A DNA stretch of 64,000 nucleotides from assembly GCA_951406725.2 (NCBI GenBank), contig OX597827.1, positions 15,376,001 through 15,440,000 of the forward strand, in the 5' to 3' direction. The notes under the pieces are model-generated. The model ran no database searches. It worked only from the letters and a program-made list of their open reading frames with translations, and had not been told where the DNA came from. Origin of the DNA: Octopus vulgaris (lineage: Eukaryota). Below are positions 48,059 through 60,029 of this stretch, piece after piece (the stretch's first letter is position 1; each line of letters starts with the position of its first letter). A program made the position numbers and the translations under genes.

Positions 48059-48395
48059 AGGCGGCGAATTGGCAGAAACGTTAGCACACGGGGCGAAATG
48101 CTTAGCGGTATTTCGTCTGCCGTTATGTTCTGAATTCAAATTCCGCCGAGGTCGACTTTGCCTTTCATCCTTTCGGGGTCGATAAATTAAGTACCAGTTA
48201 TGCACTGGAGTCGATGTAATCGACTTAATACCTATGTCTGTCCTAGTTTGTCCCCTCTGTGTTTAGCCCCTTGTGGGTAATAAAGAAATAGGTATTTTGT
48301 CTGCCGTTATGTCCTGAATTCGAATTCCGCCGAGGTCGACTTTGCCTTTCATCGTTTCGGGGTCGATTAATTAAGTACCAGTTACGCACTGGGGT
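48059..48395 (+). mobile_element. S2 SINE self-nested dimer
   Basis: Full head, then tail ..AAAGAAATA joined directly to GGTATTT of the next unit. Confidence 0.85.
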
Positions 48396-48547
48396 CTTTT
48401 GCCCATGTAGATTATAACTGGTTATAATCAATAATTAGCTGTACTTCCTAGGTAATTAATATCTAATCAGAAGATAAAAGAAACAATGTTACCACAGAAT
48501 ATATATTGGTATAAAATGTGTTCAGAAATATTTCGTTAACAAATTAT

Positions 48548-48564
48548 AAAAAAAAAAAAAAAAA
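48548..48564 (-). terminator. Pol III oligo-T terminator
   Basis: Long T run 4 nt downstream of the tRNA; the same arrangement occurs at 50153-50164. Confidence 0.85.
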
Positions 48565-48568
48565 GTAC

Positions 48569-48661
48569 TGCCCCGGGTGAGGATCGAACTCACGACCTTC
48601 AGATGGCTCTTTCTTTGCATTGATTATGAGACTGACGCGCTGCCTACTGCGCTACCGAGGC
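48569..48661 (-). tRNA. tRNA-Met-CAT: tRNA-Met(CAT), elongator type, with a 20-nt intron (48605..48624)
   Basis: GCCTCGGTAGCGCAGTAGGCAGCGCGTCAGTCTCATA[intron]ATCTGAAGGTCGTGAGTTCGATCCTCACCCGGGGCA: 73-nt cloverleaf, intact A/B boxes, intron at 37/38. Confidence 0.95.
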
Positions 48662-49036
48662 GCTTAGGAAGCAATCGTTGTAGTATAAGTATTTGGTATT
48701 TATGCAATTATTTCTGCTATTAACCGACAATCACGCCGTCGACGGCTTTCTTACTCAAGGGAGATAACTAAAATTTAGACCAAAAGAAAAGTTCTGGTGT
48801 CTGTTAATGTGATAGTCATGCCCTCTCCTCTGCGTAACCAGGGTACATTACGTCTCCCCAGATTCCAAATTCAAATCCTAAAGGAATTGATTTTACTATT
48901 CACCATTTAACGATGAAAATGCAACAATCACGTAGAATCTTATTTACCACATTCATCACACGACGATGAAGCCGAGGACGAGTCCCTTTCAAGGGAGAGA
49001 ACTCTTTATTGCTTCGTTTTTGGATTTGGTTGGATT

Positions 49037-49142
49037 TGCCTACTGCGCTACCGAGGCGCTTAGAAAGAATTTATTCTAGTATGGTATTTGGTATTTATGC
49101 AATTATTTCAGCTCTTAACCGACAATCACACTGTCGACGGCT
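49037..49142 (-). pseudogene. 5' fragment (21 nt) of tRNA-Met plus conserved upstream flank
   Basis: TGCCTACTGCGCTACCGAGGC plus about 85 bp similar to 48662-48747. Confidence 0.8.
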
Positions 49143-49714
49143 ATCCATGTACACACATATATGTACATATACACATTCATACTTGCTTGCACATAGACAC
49201 ACTGCTCTCTCTCACTCACATACATCCACACCCACACGTACAAGGTAGAAGAGTTAGTATAATCAAAATGCTTTGCGATTTTGGCTAGTCGTGCTCAGTT
49301 CATATCCAGCCGACGTCAACTTTGTCTTTCAGCCATTCCGGTTCGATAAAATATAGTACCAGTCAAGCACTAGGGTCGAAGTAAGCGATTTTTTTTCCCT
49401 CCCTTCAAAATCTGCTAGCCCTGTGCCACAATTTGATGCCATTATACGTTCTGAGTTCAAATTCCGCTTTGGTCGGCTTTGGCTTTCATCCTTTCAGGGT
49501 GGATAAAATAAGTACCAGTTGAGAACTAGGGCCAACGTAATTGACTTCCCTTCCCTTAAAATTGCTGGCCTTGTGCCAAAAATTAAAACCATTATTGTAA
49601 TTATTATTATCATTATTATTTCGCCGAGGTTGACTTTGCCTTTCATCCTTTCGGGGGTCGATGAATTAAGTACCAGTTGCGTACTGGAGTCGATCTAAAC
49701 TGGTTGGCAACGCG

Positions 49715-50660
49715 CAAACATGCGCCATCTTATCCAGGAGTATTCACGATAACCTCCAACTTATGCGCTACATCATAGAGAGAGTGGGTAACTAAGCTGG
49801 TATGGGTGGGGCCCTGATCAATTTAGATCAATCTAAAGCCTTTGATAGGGTCGACCATCAATACTTGACAGCTGTTCTCAAGGCAGCCGGTTTCGGTCCA
49901 GTTTTCCGCGGTTGGATTGCTGCTTTGTACAACGGCATCTACTCAGTTGTTCGGGTGAATGGTCACCTGTCGGAGCCATTCAGAATCTTGTGTTCGGTGC
50001 GTCAAGGTTGCCTTCTCTCCTCCCTTCTGTACGTACTGACCCTTGAGCCACTACTGCGGAAGTATCATAGCATGTGTATATGCATATGTATACACACATG
50101 CTATTATACAGACGACACTAACTGACATAGACATTTCGTTAACAATTTATATAAAAAAAAAAAAGTAATGCCCCGGGTGAGGATCGAACTCACGACCTTC
50201 AGATGGCTCTTTCTTCGCATTGATTATGAGACTGACGCGCTGCCTACTGCGCTACCGAGGCGCTTAGGAAGTAGTTATTGTAGTATAGTATTTGGTATTT
50301 ATGCAATTATTTCAGGCATATAGACCTGATTCGCGAAACACTACAGGAATATGAAGCGGTAACAGGAGCTAAAATTAATGCAGAAAAGTCAGTGGGCTTG
50401 CTACTCGGCACCTGGAGAGGCAAGTCCATGACGTCCAGCAGCGTGATGGGGCGCTCAACAGACGGTACCGTTACGTTGCTCGAAGTTTGGTTTGGTCCGG
50501 ATTCCCAGGTGGAGAAGAACTGGGACAAAGTGATGAGCAGGATAGCCATTCTCACCCAGAAATGGGCCGAGAGAAAGCTGTCCTTGAAAGGTCGGGCGGA
50601 GGTGGCGAATGCGACCATCGCATTCGTCATCTGTTACCGCTTGACAGTCGTCTCTTGCCC
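49715..50660 (+). mobile_element. Tx1-clade RT fragment split by the tRNA-bearing segment
   Basis: LDQSKAFDRVDH..SVRQGC..LEPLLRK (to about 50061), resuming at YEAVTGAKIN..LSLKGRAEVAN (about 50316-50660); collinear with ORF 60393..61865. Confidence 0.88.
50169..50261 (-). tRNA. tRNA-Met-CAT: tRNA-Met(CAT), second copy, with a 20-nt intron (50205..50224)
   Basis: Exons identical to copy 1; one substitution in the intron; oligo-T terminator present. Confidence 0.95.
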
Positions 50661-51170
50661 TGTTTCGTCTGCCGTTAAGTTCTGAGTTCAAATTCCGCCG
50701 AGGTCGACTTTGCCTTTCATCCTTTCGGGGTCGATTAAATAAGTACCAGTTACGCACTGGGGTCAATATAATCGACTTAATCTGTTTGTCCTTGTTTGTC
50801 CCCTCTGTGTTTAGCCCCATGTGGGTAGTAAAGAAATAGGTATTTCGTCTGCCGTTACGTTCTGAGTTCAAATTCCGCCGATGTCGACTTTGCCTTTCAT
50901 CCTTTCGGGGTCGATAAATTAAGTACCGGTTACGCACTGGGGTCGATATAATCGACTTAATCTGTTTGTCTGTCCTTGTTTGTCCTCTCTGTGTTTAGAC
51001 CCTTGTGGGTAGTAAAGAAATAGAAATAGGTATTTCGTCTGTCTTCACATTCTGAGTTTAAATTCCGCCGAGGTCGATTTTGATTTTCATCCTTTCGGGG
51101 TCAATGAAATAAGTACCCGTTACACACCCCAAATTTCAGGTTTTGTGCCTATAGTAGAAAGGATTATTGT
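50661..51170 (+). mobile_element. S2 SINE tandem array (three units)
   Basis: Junctions tail|GGTATTTCGTCTG at 50839 and 51029. Confidence 0.85.
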
Positions 51171-51672
51171 TACTAGAAGATAGAAGAGGAAAAGATATAG
51201 TGGATAATACTGATCTAGAGTAGGAAGGCGCGACAAGGGCGGTCCGCTCGGGGCGATGCTTTTTCGGGTCTGCTGCACAATCTTGTACAGGAGGCGTGGG
51301 GCAGCGGAGATGCAAACTCAAAGGCTATCTTGGGCTAGCTACACCTCTGAAGGGGAGAAGCTGAGGTAGATAGTACAGAGGAGCATATGTCGATGTAGTT
51401 GCAATTAAAAAAAAAAAGAGAAAGCCTAGAGTGGACAGCACATGTATGAGTTAATGGATAGAACATTTTCAAACCATCTGTATATTCTTGTTTTGGATGT
51501 TAATTAGCTTGAAGTATGAATGTATAAGTGGCAGAATACCATAAATAGATATGGAGATGGTATGAAAACAAATCAAGTTTTTCTTTCCTTCAGATAATCG
51601 TCTGCACTTTCCATTGGCAGCTGTTGTTTTGCCCTAAGTCAGCCATATCGCTACGACAGCATTGTCCAGTGT

Positions 51673-52221
51673 CGTCGTCGGCATCCGTCCGTCTCGAGAG
51701 ACGATGGTGCAGCTCGGCTGTTGAGCTACAAGGCCTGAGCAGGTTTGTATGAGGGATCAGCTGTTACCCATGCAGTTTGATCCCCCCCGCCTTTCCACGC
51801 AGCTGGTAGCTCCAAGGGAACGACGGGTCGATACAGCTTTGTACCAGATGCGTCGCAGGAGTTGCCAGTGATGACGTGTTGTGTCAGGCCGCCTTAGGGA
51901 CTCCAGCTCCGGATTTTCTGTCGCGGTTTACTCCCTTAGCTTTCCCCAGGAGGGGGGTCCTGCCGCAAGGCAGCGGAGGTCTGAAATCAAAGTTTCCCTC
52001 CCCTAGCTAGGCTGCCAGTCAAGGCTATCGAGTCCCAACTACCCGAAGCAACTGGTTTTAAGGCGCCAATGACCCGCCTTTGCCCCTTCTCCTGTCAGTG
52101 GGAACAGTTTCGCCGCGGGAAGGCCAGGAGTTGGACTTGACTGTCAGAGGCTATTTCAGATGCAGGCCGTGGGAGAACTTTGTAGGCAGTGGGAGCTTAT
52201 CCCCGCTACCACTCCCGGCTA
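51673..52221 (-). mobile_element. Bipartite non-autonomous RTE-derived element (5'UTR plus 3' tip, (GAC)n tail)
   Basis: GC-rich, TSD TGTCCARTGT, no ORF. A second fragment lies at 53829-53988 (+) and a distant relative at about 20195-20360. The RTE assignment rests on recalled similarity. Confidence 0.65.
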
Positions 52222-52289
52222 TGTCCAATGTATACTTCTTGTTTTAAGACGGTAGTTTATATTTGAAGGGTTTTTGGTGCTACATATAA

Positions 52290-52690
52290 GCAGGAATAGC
52301 TGTGTGGTAAGTAGCTTGTTTACCAACCACATGGTTTCGGGTTCAGTCCCACTGCGTGGCATCTTGGGCAAGTGTCTTCTGCTATAGCCCCGGGCCGACC
52401 AATGCCTTGTGAGTGGATTTGGTAGACGGAAACTGAAAGAAGCCCGTCGTATATATGTATATATATATTTGCGTGTGTGTGTTTGTGTGTCTGTGTTTGT
52501 CCCCCTAGCATTGCTTGACAACCGATTCTGGTGTGTTTACGTCCCCGTTACTTAGCGGTTCGGCAAAAGAGACCGATAGAATAAGTACTTGGCTTACAAA
52601 AGAATAAGTCCCGGGGTCGAGTTGCTCGATTAAAGGCGGTGCTCCAGCATGGACACAGTCAAATGACTGAAACAAGTAAAAGAGAGAGAT
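52290..52690 (+). mobile_element. SINE S1
   Basis: Family match; another copy at 56412-56847 (-). Confidence 0.85.
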
Positions 52691-52828
52691 TAAGTGACTT
52701 CTTCGTGACTTTCGTAGTCTCGATCGTTTTTTTTACTTTCCTTTTTGATGTAGATAATATGTTTCTCGTTGGTCCTCCAAGGATTTTTTTTTTATATTCG
52801 TAAATACTACACTACAGAAAAATGATGT

Positions 52829-53183
52829 GGATTCGCGGTCGTAGGATCGCGGTTTCGATTCCCAGACCGGGCGTTGTGAGTGTTTATTGAGCGAAAACAC
52901 CTAAAAGCTCCATGAGGCTCCGGCAGGGGATGGTGGTGATCCCTGCTGTACTCATTCACCACAACTTTCTCTCACTCTTACTTCCTGTTTCTGTTGTACC
53001 TGTATTTCAAAGGGCCGGCCTTGTCACTCTCTGTGTCACGCTGAATATCCCCGAGAACTACGTTAAGGGTACACGTGCCTGTGGAGTGCTCAGCCACTTG
53101 CACGTTAATTTCACGAGCAGGCTGTTCCGTTGATCCGATCAACCGGAACCCTCGTCGTCGTAACTGACGGAGTGCTTCCATTC
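52829..53183 (+). mobile_element. SINE S3 (tail B)
   Basis: TSD CACTACAGAAAA; sister copy at 59577-59958 (-). Confidence 0.85.
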
Positions 53184-54075
53184 CACTACAGAAAAATTAG
53201 CTTTTTGTGTTTGTTTACTGCCATCGTCCGTAATCGTTTTAAAGTCATTAAAGAAAACAGAGAGGTCGATGAACTTTTCCCAGTACGTTTAAGGTCACGA
53301 GATTCTTTCAAATCATTAAGTTTATAATTATACATAGGTGATAATGAGGACTCTATAGTGTAATTAGCAACACAGTCACCTGGCGTGTTTTAATTATAAC
53401 TTCGTGCTTTTCTAATTATGACTGTTTTCTATTTCAGAAAAAACAGAAATTATCTACTAAATAAATGCTTAGAGATAGCGTGAGAAGGTCTCTCAGTAAT
53501 ATCATTCTAAAGAATGTTGCAGCTTTCATTCGACTTGAACAGCAAATGGATTGATTACTGTCTCAAGTACTGTTATTTTTTTTTATCCTTTCTTTTTTAA
53601 TTTTTTGCCTAGAGTTGATCATTCATGAATTCCTGTTATTTTATGTGTTTTTGTTATTATTTTAAATCTAAAAACGGTGCCAACTCCGACCAATTTACGT
53701 TGCGTAGTAAGTCGATAGCTTCTCAGTCACGTGGTTTTTGGGTTCAGTCCAATTGCATGGAAACTTGAGTTACACACTATCTAAAACCAGGAAGGTCATA
53801 CTATATTAAATTGTCATAGACGTACATTCAGTTGCTTCGGGTAGTTGGGACTCGATAGCCTTGACTGGTAGCCCAACTATGAGAAAGAAACTCCGATTTC
53901 AAACCTCCGCTGCCTTACGGCAAGACCCCCTCCTGGGGAAGGCTAAGGGAGTAAACCCCGACAGAAAATCCGGAGCTGGAGTCCCTAATACTATAGTCCC
54001 AATACTTTAATGCCCTATAAGTGAATTTGGTGTACAGAAATTGTGAAGCATATATATATATATATATATATATAT

Positions 54076-54371
54076 CACTGTGATCACTGTGACCGACCAG
54101 GTTATCAGATGTTGCTACACATCGCTGGTCACAATGCGCTTCGCATTGTTTTAGCCTTCAAATGACGCCACCCCGCTGGCTAAGCGAGCAGGCAAACAGA
54201 AGAAAGAGTGAGAGAGAGAGTTGTGGCGAAAGAGTACAGCAGGGATCGCCACCATCCCCTGCCGGAGCCTCGTGGAGCTTTAGGTATTTTCGCTCAATAC
54301 ACACTCACAACGACCGGTCTAGAAATCGAAACCGCGAGTCCGCTGCCCTAACCACTGGGCCATTACGCCTC
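54076..54371 (-). mobile_element. SINE S3 (tail A) within (TA)n
   Basis: Matches 7446-7751. Confidence 0.85.
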
Positions 54372-54384
54372 CATATACATACAT

Positions 54385-54500
<116 letters not shown>

Positions 54501-55167
54501 ATATACACATAGATATAAATAGTAATATTTTTCTTACGAAACACAGACCGCATAGAAGCGCTCAATTTATAAGACCTAAAAGGCAGTCTTTCAAATTCTT
54601 TATATATATTTTTGCCCCCTTCTTCGCCGCTTCGGCTTGTAACCTGTTCTAGCTAAATAAATCTGTACCTTTGATATAGGTCATTATTGTATTGTAATTC
54701 AGCATTTCCACACGAATATATTCCAGCTTGTCTCAAGTAAGACACAGATTTTAATGTCGAACTCATACAAAGATGAGTCAAGCATTCGTAAAAGAAGTAC
54801 ACTCTTTAATACTTTATTCATCCGAACATCACTATTGATCTTCCACGAACCAACAAAAAACAAAAACTGTTAAAAATACCAGCCAAATCTCCCCCGAATT
54901 ACACACTATCTAAAACCAGGAAACGTCATGCAATATTAAATTGTCATGGACGCACATTCTGAATCAGAGATTGACAATCATGCCTGGAATGCCTTTATCA
55001 TAGGTGTGCGTCACCAAGGCTGACTTCGAGCAGAGAGTTATGTCCCTTCAACAAATATATTAAAAGGAGTAATGTCCCTTGCAAACACTAGCTGAAGGAA
55101 AATTGCGTTGATGTCCACAATTCATATCTTCGAGGTCGATAAAGTAAAGTGCTTAGAAAAAAAGAAT

Positions 55168-55703
55168 CTGTCATGCTTTTAGTTGTCAGAAGTGAAAGTA
55201 GTCAACTTCGTGTATTTACATCAGGTTTATACCTTCGTTAATTTGCGCCGTTTATTTACGTACCTATTTCTTTATTGCCCACAAGGGGCTAAACATAGAG
55301 GAGACAAACATGGACAGACAAAGGTATTAAGTCGATTATATCGACCCCAGTGCTTAACTGGTACTTAATTTATCGACCCCGAAAGGATGAAAGGCAAAGT
55401 CGACCTCGGAGACGTACCACCACGCTGTTAGGTTTATAAAACAATTGAAGTTTGTGCAGATTTGGTGTGATTTCTTTTTTAAAAACAATAATGAATAATG
55501 CAAGAATATATTTATTTATAAAGTTTAAACAGAACATGGAATGAAATGTATTTATTTATAAACTTTAAACTGAACTTCAATTGTTTTATAAACCTAACAG
55601 CGTGGTGGTACGTAAATAAACGGCGTAAATTAACGAAGGTATAAACCTGACGGAAATACACGAAGTTGACTACTTTCACTTCTGACAACTAAAAGCATGA
55701 CAG
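55168..55703. repeat. Foldback/MITE-like inverted repeat with ~130-bp arms; left arm interrupted by an S2 SINE (55265-55411, -)
   Basis: CTGTCATGCTTTTAG... / ...CTAAAAGCATGACAG; the SINE has TSD ACGTACC. Confidence 0.85.
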
Positions 55704-56352
55704 TGCCGAAAAAAAAATAGTGAATATAAAAATGATTACCGGAGGATAATTTTTTTAAAATAGAAGAATTCATGTTGTTTGTGATCTAACGCAAAAAAGA
55801 AAGAAAGAAAGAAACCGCAAGTAACTGAGATTTTCCTCTGAGACGGAGAAGGAAAACGAAAACCTTGCCGTTGCCTTGTCCGGAGAGAAAAGAGAGATAA
55901 TTGTAAGACAGTTAAAGTTAAATTCCCAGGGCGCAGGTGTAGTTGTGAAGTTACGAAGTTTGCATCGCAAACACGTAGGTTTACTTCCAATCCCATTGGA
56001 TGGTAACTTGGGCAAATATCATCTACTTTTATGCATTTAGTATCTGTTTTTATTACCAACAGAGATAATAATTACGGATCTTTTCGGTTTGAACGGCAGT
56101 TTTTTTAAAAAATAATTTCCACATAACTAAACACTTTTAAACTTCGTATACTAGTAGAATGTGTTACATAAAACATCTTTTTCTCTTGGCTTTATTGAGA
56201 AAATTCTATAGCTTGTAAGATATTTGTTGTTTTCTTTTTCTTCAATTTCTGCAATTTCAACCAATCAATGACGTCTATGTTTGAGGTGTGGTGTCGTATG
56301 TAAAGGCGACCCAAATTTAATGTTTGTTCTATAACCAATGCTCTTGTATACA

Positions 56353-56410
<58 letters not shown>

Positions 56411-56602
56411 CTCTTTTACTCTTTTACTTGTTTCAGTCATTTGACTGCGGCCACGCTGGAGCACCGCCTTTAGTCGAGCAAATCGACCCCGGGACTTATT
56501 CTTTGTAAGCCCAGTACTTATTCTATCGGTCTCTTTTGCCGAACCGCTAAGTTACGGGGACGTAAACACACCAGCATCGGTTGTCAAGCAACACTAGGGG
56601 GA

Positions 56603-56685
<83 letters not shown>

Positions 56686-56845
56686 GACAGGCTTCTTTCA
56701 GTTTCCGTCTACCAAATCCACTCACAAGGCATTGGTCGGCCCGGGGCTATAGCAGAAGACGCTTGCCCAAGATGCCACGCAGTGGGACTGAACCCGGAAC
56801 CATGTGGTTGGTTAGCAAGCTACTTACCACACAGCCACTCTTGCG

Positions 56846-56901
<56 letters not shown>

Positions 56902-57644
56902 TATGCAAAATCTACTTATAATTTCAAGCTTTTACGATACTTTAAATTGGCAGATTTATAAAACACGCCATGTATCTCCCCCAAAAAAGTCTTTCAGTCT
57001 CTGTTCATGCGTTAGATTTTATTTACAAGCAAAGATGCTGGACTGTAAGAAAATGAGAGGAAAAAAACACAGAAAAGCAAGAAAACCAAGATCTTCATCC
57101 TCTTTGTAGACTCAATAGTTAATGAAACTGGCGCGGAACGATATAACGGAAAGGATACCAAAGTCTGGAAGACAACCACTCGATTCGTAGCGGGTTGTGT
57201 CCTTCAGTTCGACAAAAGAAACTTGTTCATATGTTTGCAACTGCTAAAAATTTCAGATCTGGAATTAAGCAGTGTAGTAGAATTCTTGGATCTAAAAAGA
57301 ATACGTGATCTTTCTACTACGCATAAGTTCTTTCTTAGATCCATTAACGTATATATGCATGTATGTGTGTGAAGAGTATGCGTTGACTCGTATATGTCCC
57401 ATAACTTAGTAGCACGACAAAAGAGACCGATACAATAAGAACCAGGCTTAAATAAAAATATTAAAAGTATCTATTCTCCTGAATTGTTCGAGGCTGTATC
57501 CCAGCATAGTGCAGTCTAATGATTGAAATACACCATGTATCTCCATGAAATTTTTGGCAAGTGTCTTCTACTATAGTCCCGGACCGACCAATGCCCTATG
57601 AGTGAACATGGTGGACAGAAAGTGTGTAGAAACTCGTCATATGT

Positions 57645-58227
<583 letters not shown>

Positions 58228-60029
58228 AATACCTTGTAATAAACAAAAAAAAAGATAAAATATTGTGTGTGTGTTTTCTTTTTAAGTTCTGATAACACAT
58301 TCTTCTATTCCTAATCACTAAGTCAATATACCATAGAATGCTAAAGCTATCTAACAAATAACGTTCCATAATTTGTATTAAACAATTGTGACTCAGAGCT
58401 AAACTATGAAATGAAACATTTTATCAACATTTTCTTTACCATTGTTTATAAGTTAGAACCTTACACACGCAGTTACAATGTCAAGAATTATAGTCGCGCA
58501 TCTCATTTCTATAACAGCAAGTTCTTCGCTTAGAAGATGCGGACTTATTTAAAGTGTTTCTGCGATTTTATTTACAGAACTGTTATCTCAGCATCAGGAT
58601 CTAATTTTCCCACATTTCTCTTGGAAGCATTGCTTAAGGAGCTCGGTTTGTAGCCGTGTGGTTACGGTTCAATCCCACTGCACAGTACCTTGGGCAAGTG
58701 TCTTCTTCTACAGCCCCGCGCGGACTAGTGCCCTATGAATGAACTTGGTTGACAGAAAGTGTGTGGAAACACGCCAGTGGCTGTGTAGTAAGAAGCTTGC
58801 TTCCCAACCACATGGTTCCGGGTTCAGTCCCACTGCGTGGGAGGGAGCCTTCAACTTTTTCTCTCCAAAATGCTTTTTAACTCAGTAATTACACACTGTT
58901 ATTTAAGTTTATCTGCTTCGAGATTCACTATTCCTAAAAAAATATATATATATTTCTTTACTACCCACAAGGGGTTAAACACAGAGGGGACAAATAAGGA
59001 CAGACAAACGGATTAAGTCGATTCCATCGACTCTAGTGCGTAACTGGTATTTAATTTATCGACCCCGAAAGGATGAAAGGCAAAGTCAACCTCGGCGGAA
59101 TTTGAACTCAGAACGTAACGGCAGACGAAATACGGCTACGCATTTCGCCCGGCGTGCTACCGTTTCTGCCAGCTCGCCGCCTTCCATTCCTAAAAAAAAA
59201 ATTATAGAAATTAATGTAATGAGATCGATGCTAAAAAGAGAGCAAATATGTTAATGAGATCTCTGTTTTTCCTAAGTGAGTGAATGTGTAACTAATATCC
59301 CTGTTACAATGAGGACAAAGGCTCAAATGATACCCTCGACACTTACGAAGTAACTGAGATACCTGCTACAAAATCAGTAACTATGTTCAAAGAGAGCAAC
59401 TATGCGGAGAATTTCACTGCCATTTAAAGAGTAACTAAATACGATCTGTATTAACAAGAGATATTTACTTGGAGCGAAAAAAGAAATGCAAATGATGTAC
59501 CCAGCCATCTGGCAGGACATTACATATCTAGCCAGAGGGAAGAAGTTTGGAACCATCGTGGTGAGGTTCAAGAGGAAGGAAGCACTCTGTCGGTTACGAC
59601 GACGAGGGTTCCGGTTGATCCGATCAACGGAACAGCCTGCTCGTGAAATTAACGTGTAAGTGGCTGAGCACTCCACAGACACGTGTACCCTTAACGTAGT
59701 TCTCGGGGATATTCAGCGTGACACAGAGAGTGACAAGGCCGGCTCCTTGAATTACAGGTACAACAGAAGCAGGAAGTAAGAGTGAGAGAAAGTTGTGGTG
59801 AAAGAGTACAGCAGGGATCACCACCATCCCCTGCCGAAGCCTAGTGGAGCTTTAGATGTTTTCGCTCAATAAACACTCACAACGCCCGGTCTGGGAATCG
59901 AAACCGCGATCCTACGACCGCGAATCCGCTGCCCTAACCACTGGGCCATTGCGCTCCACGAAGTTCAAGAACGCAGAAACAGCACAGGGACACTCTGTAG
60001 GGTCATTAGAGTCAGAAGACACATTATTG

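Noticed and set aside
48059-51170. Repeated units resembling a CRISPR array
   Set aside because: Nested SINE units with no unique spacers or cas genes, in eukaryotic context.
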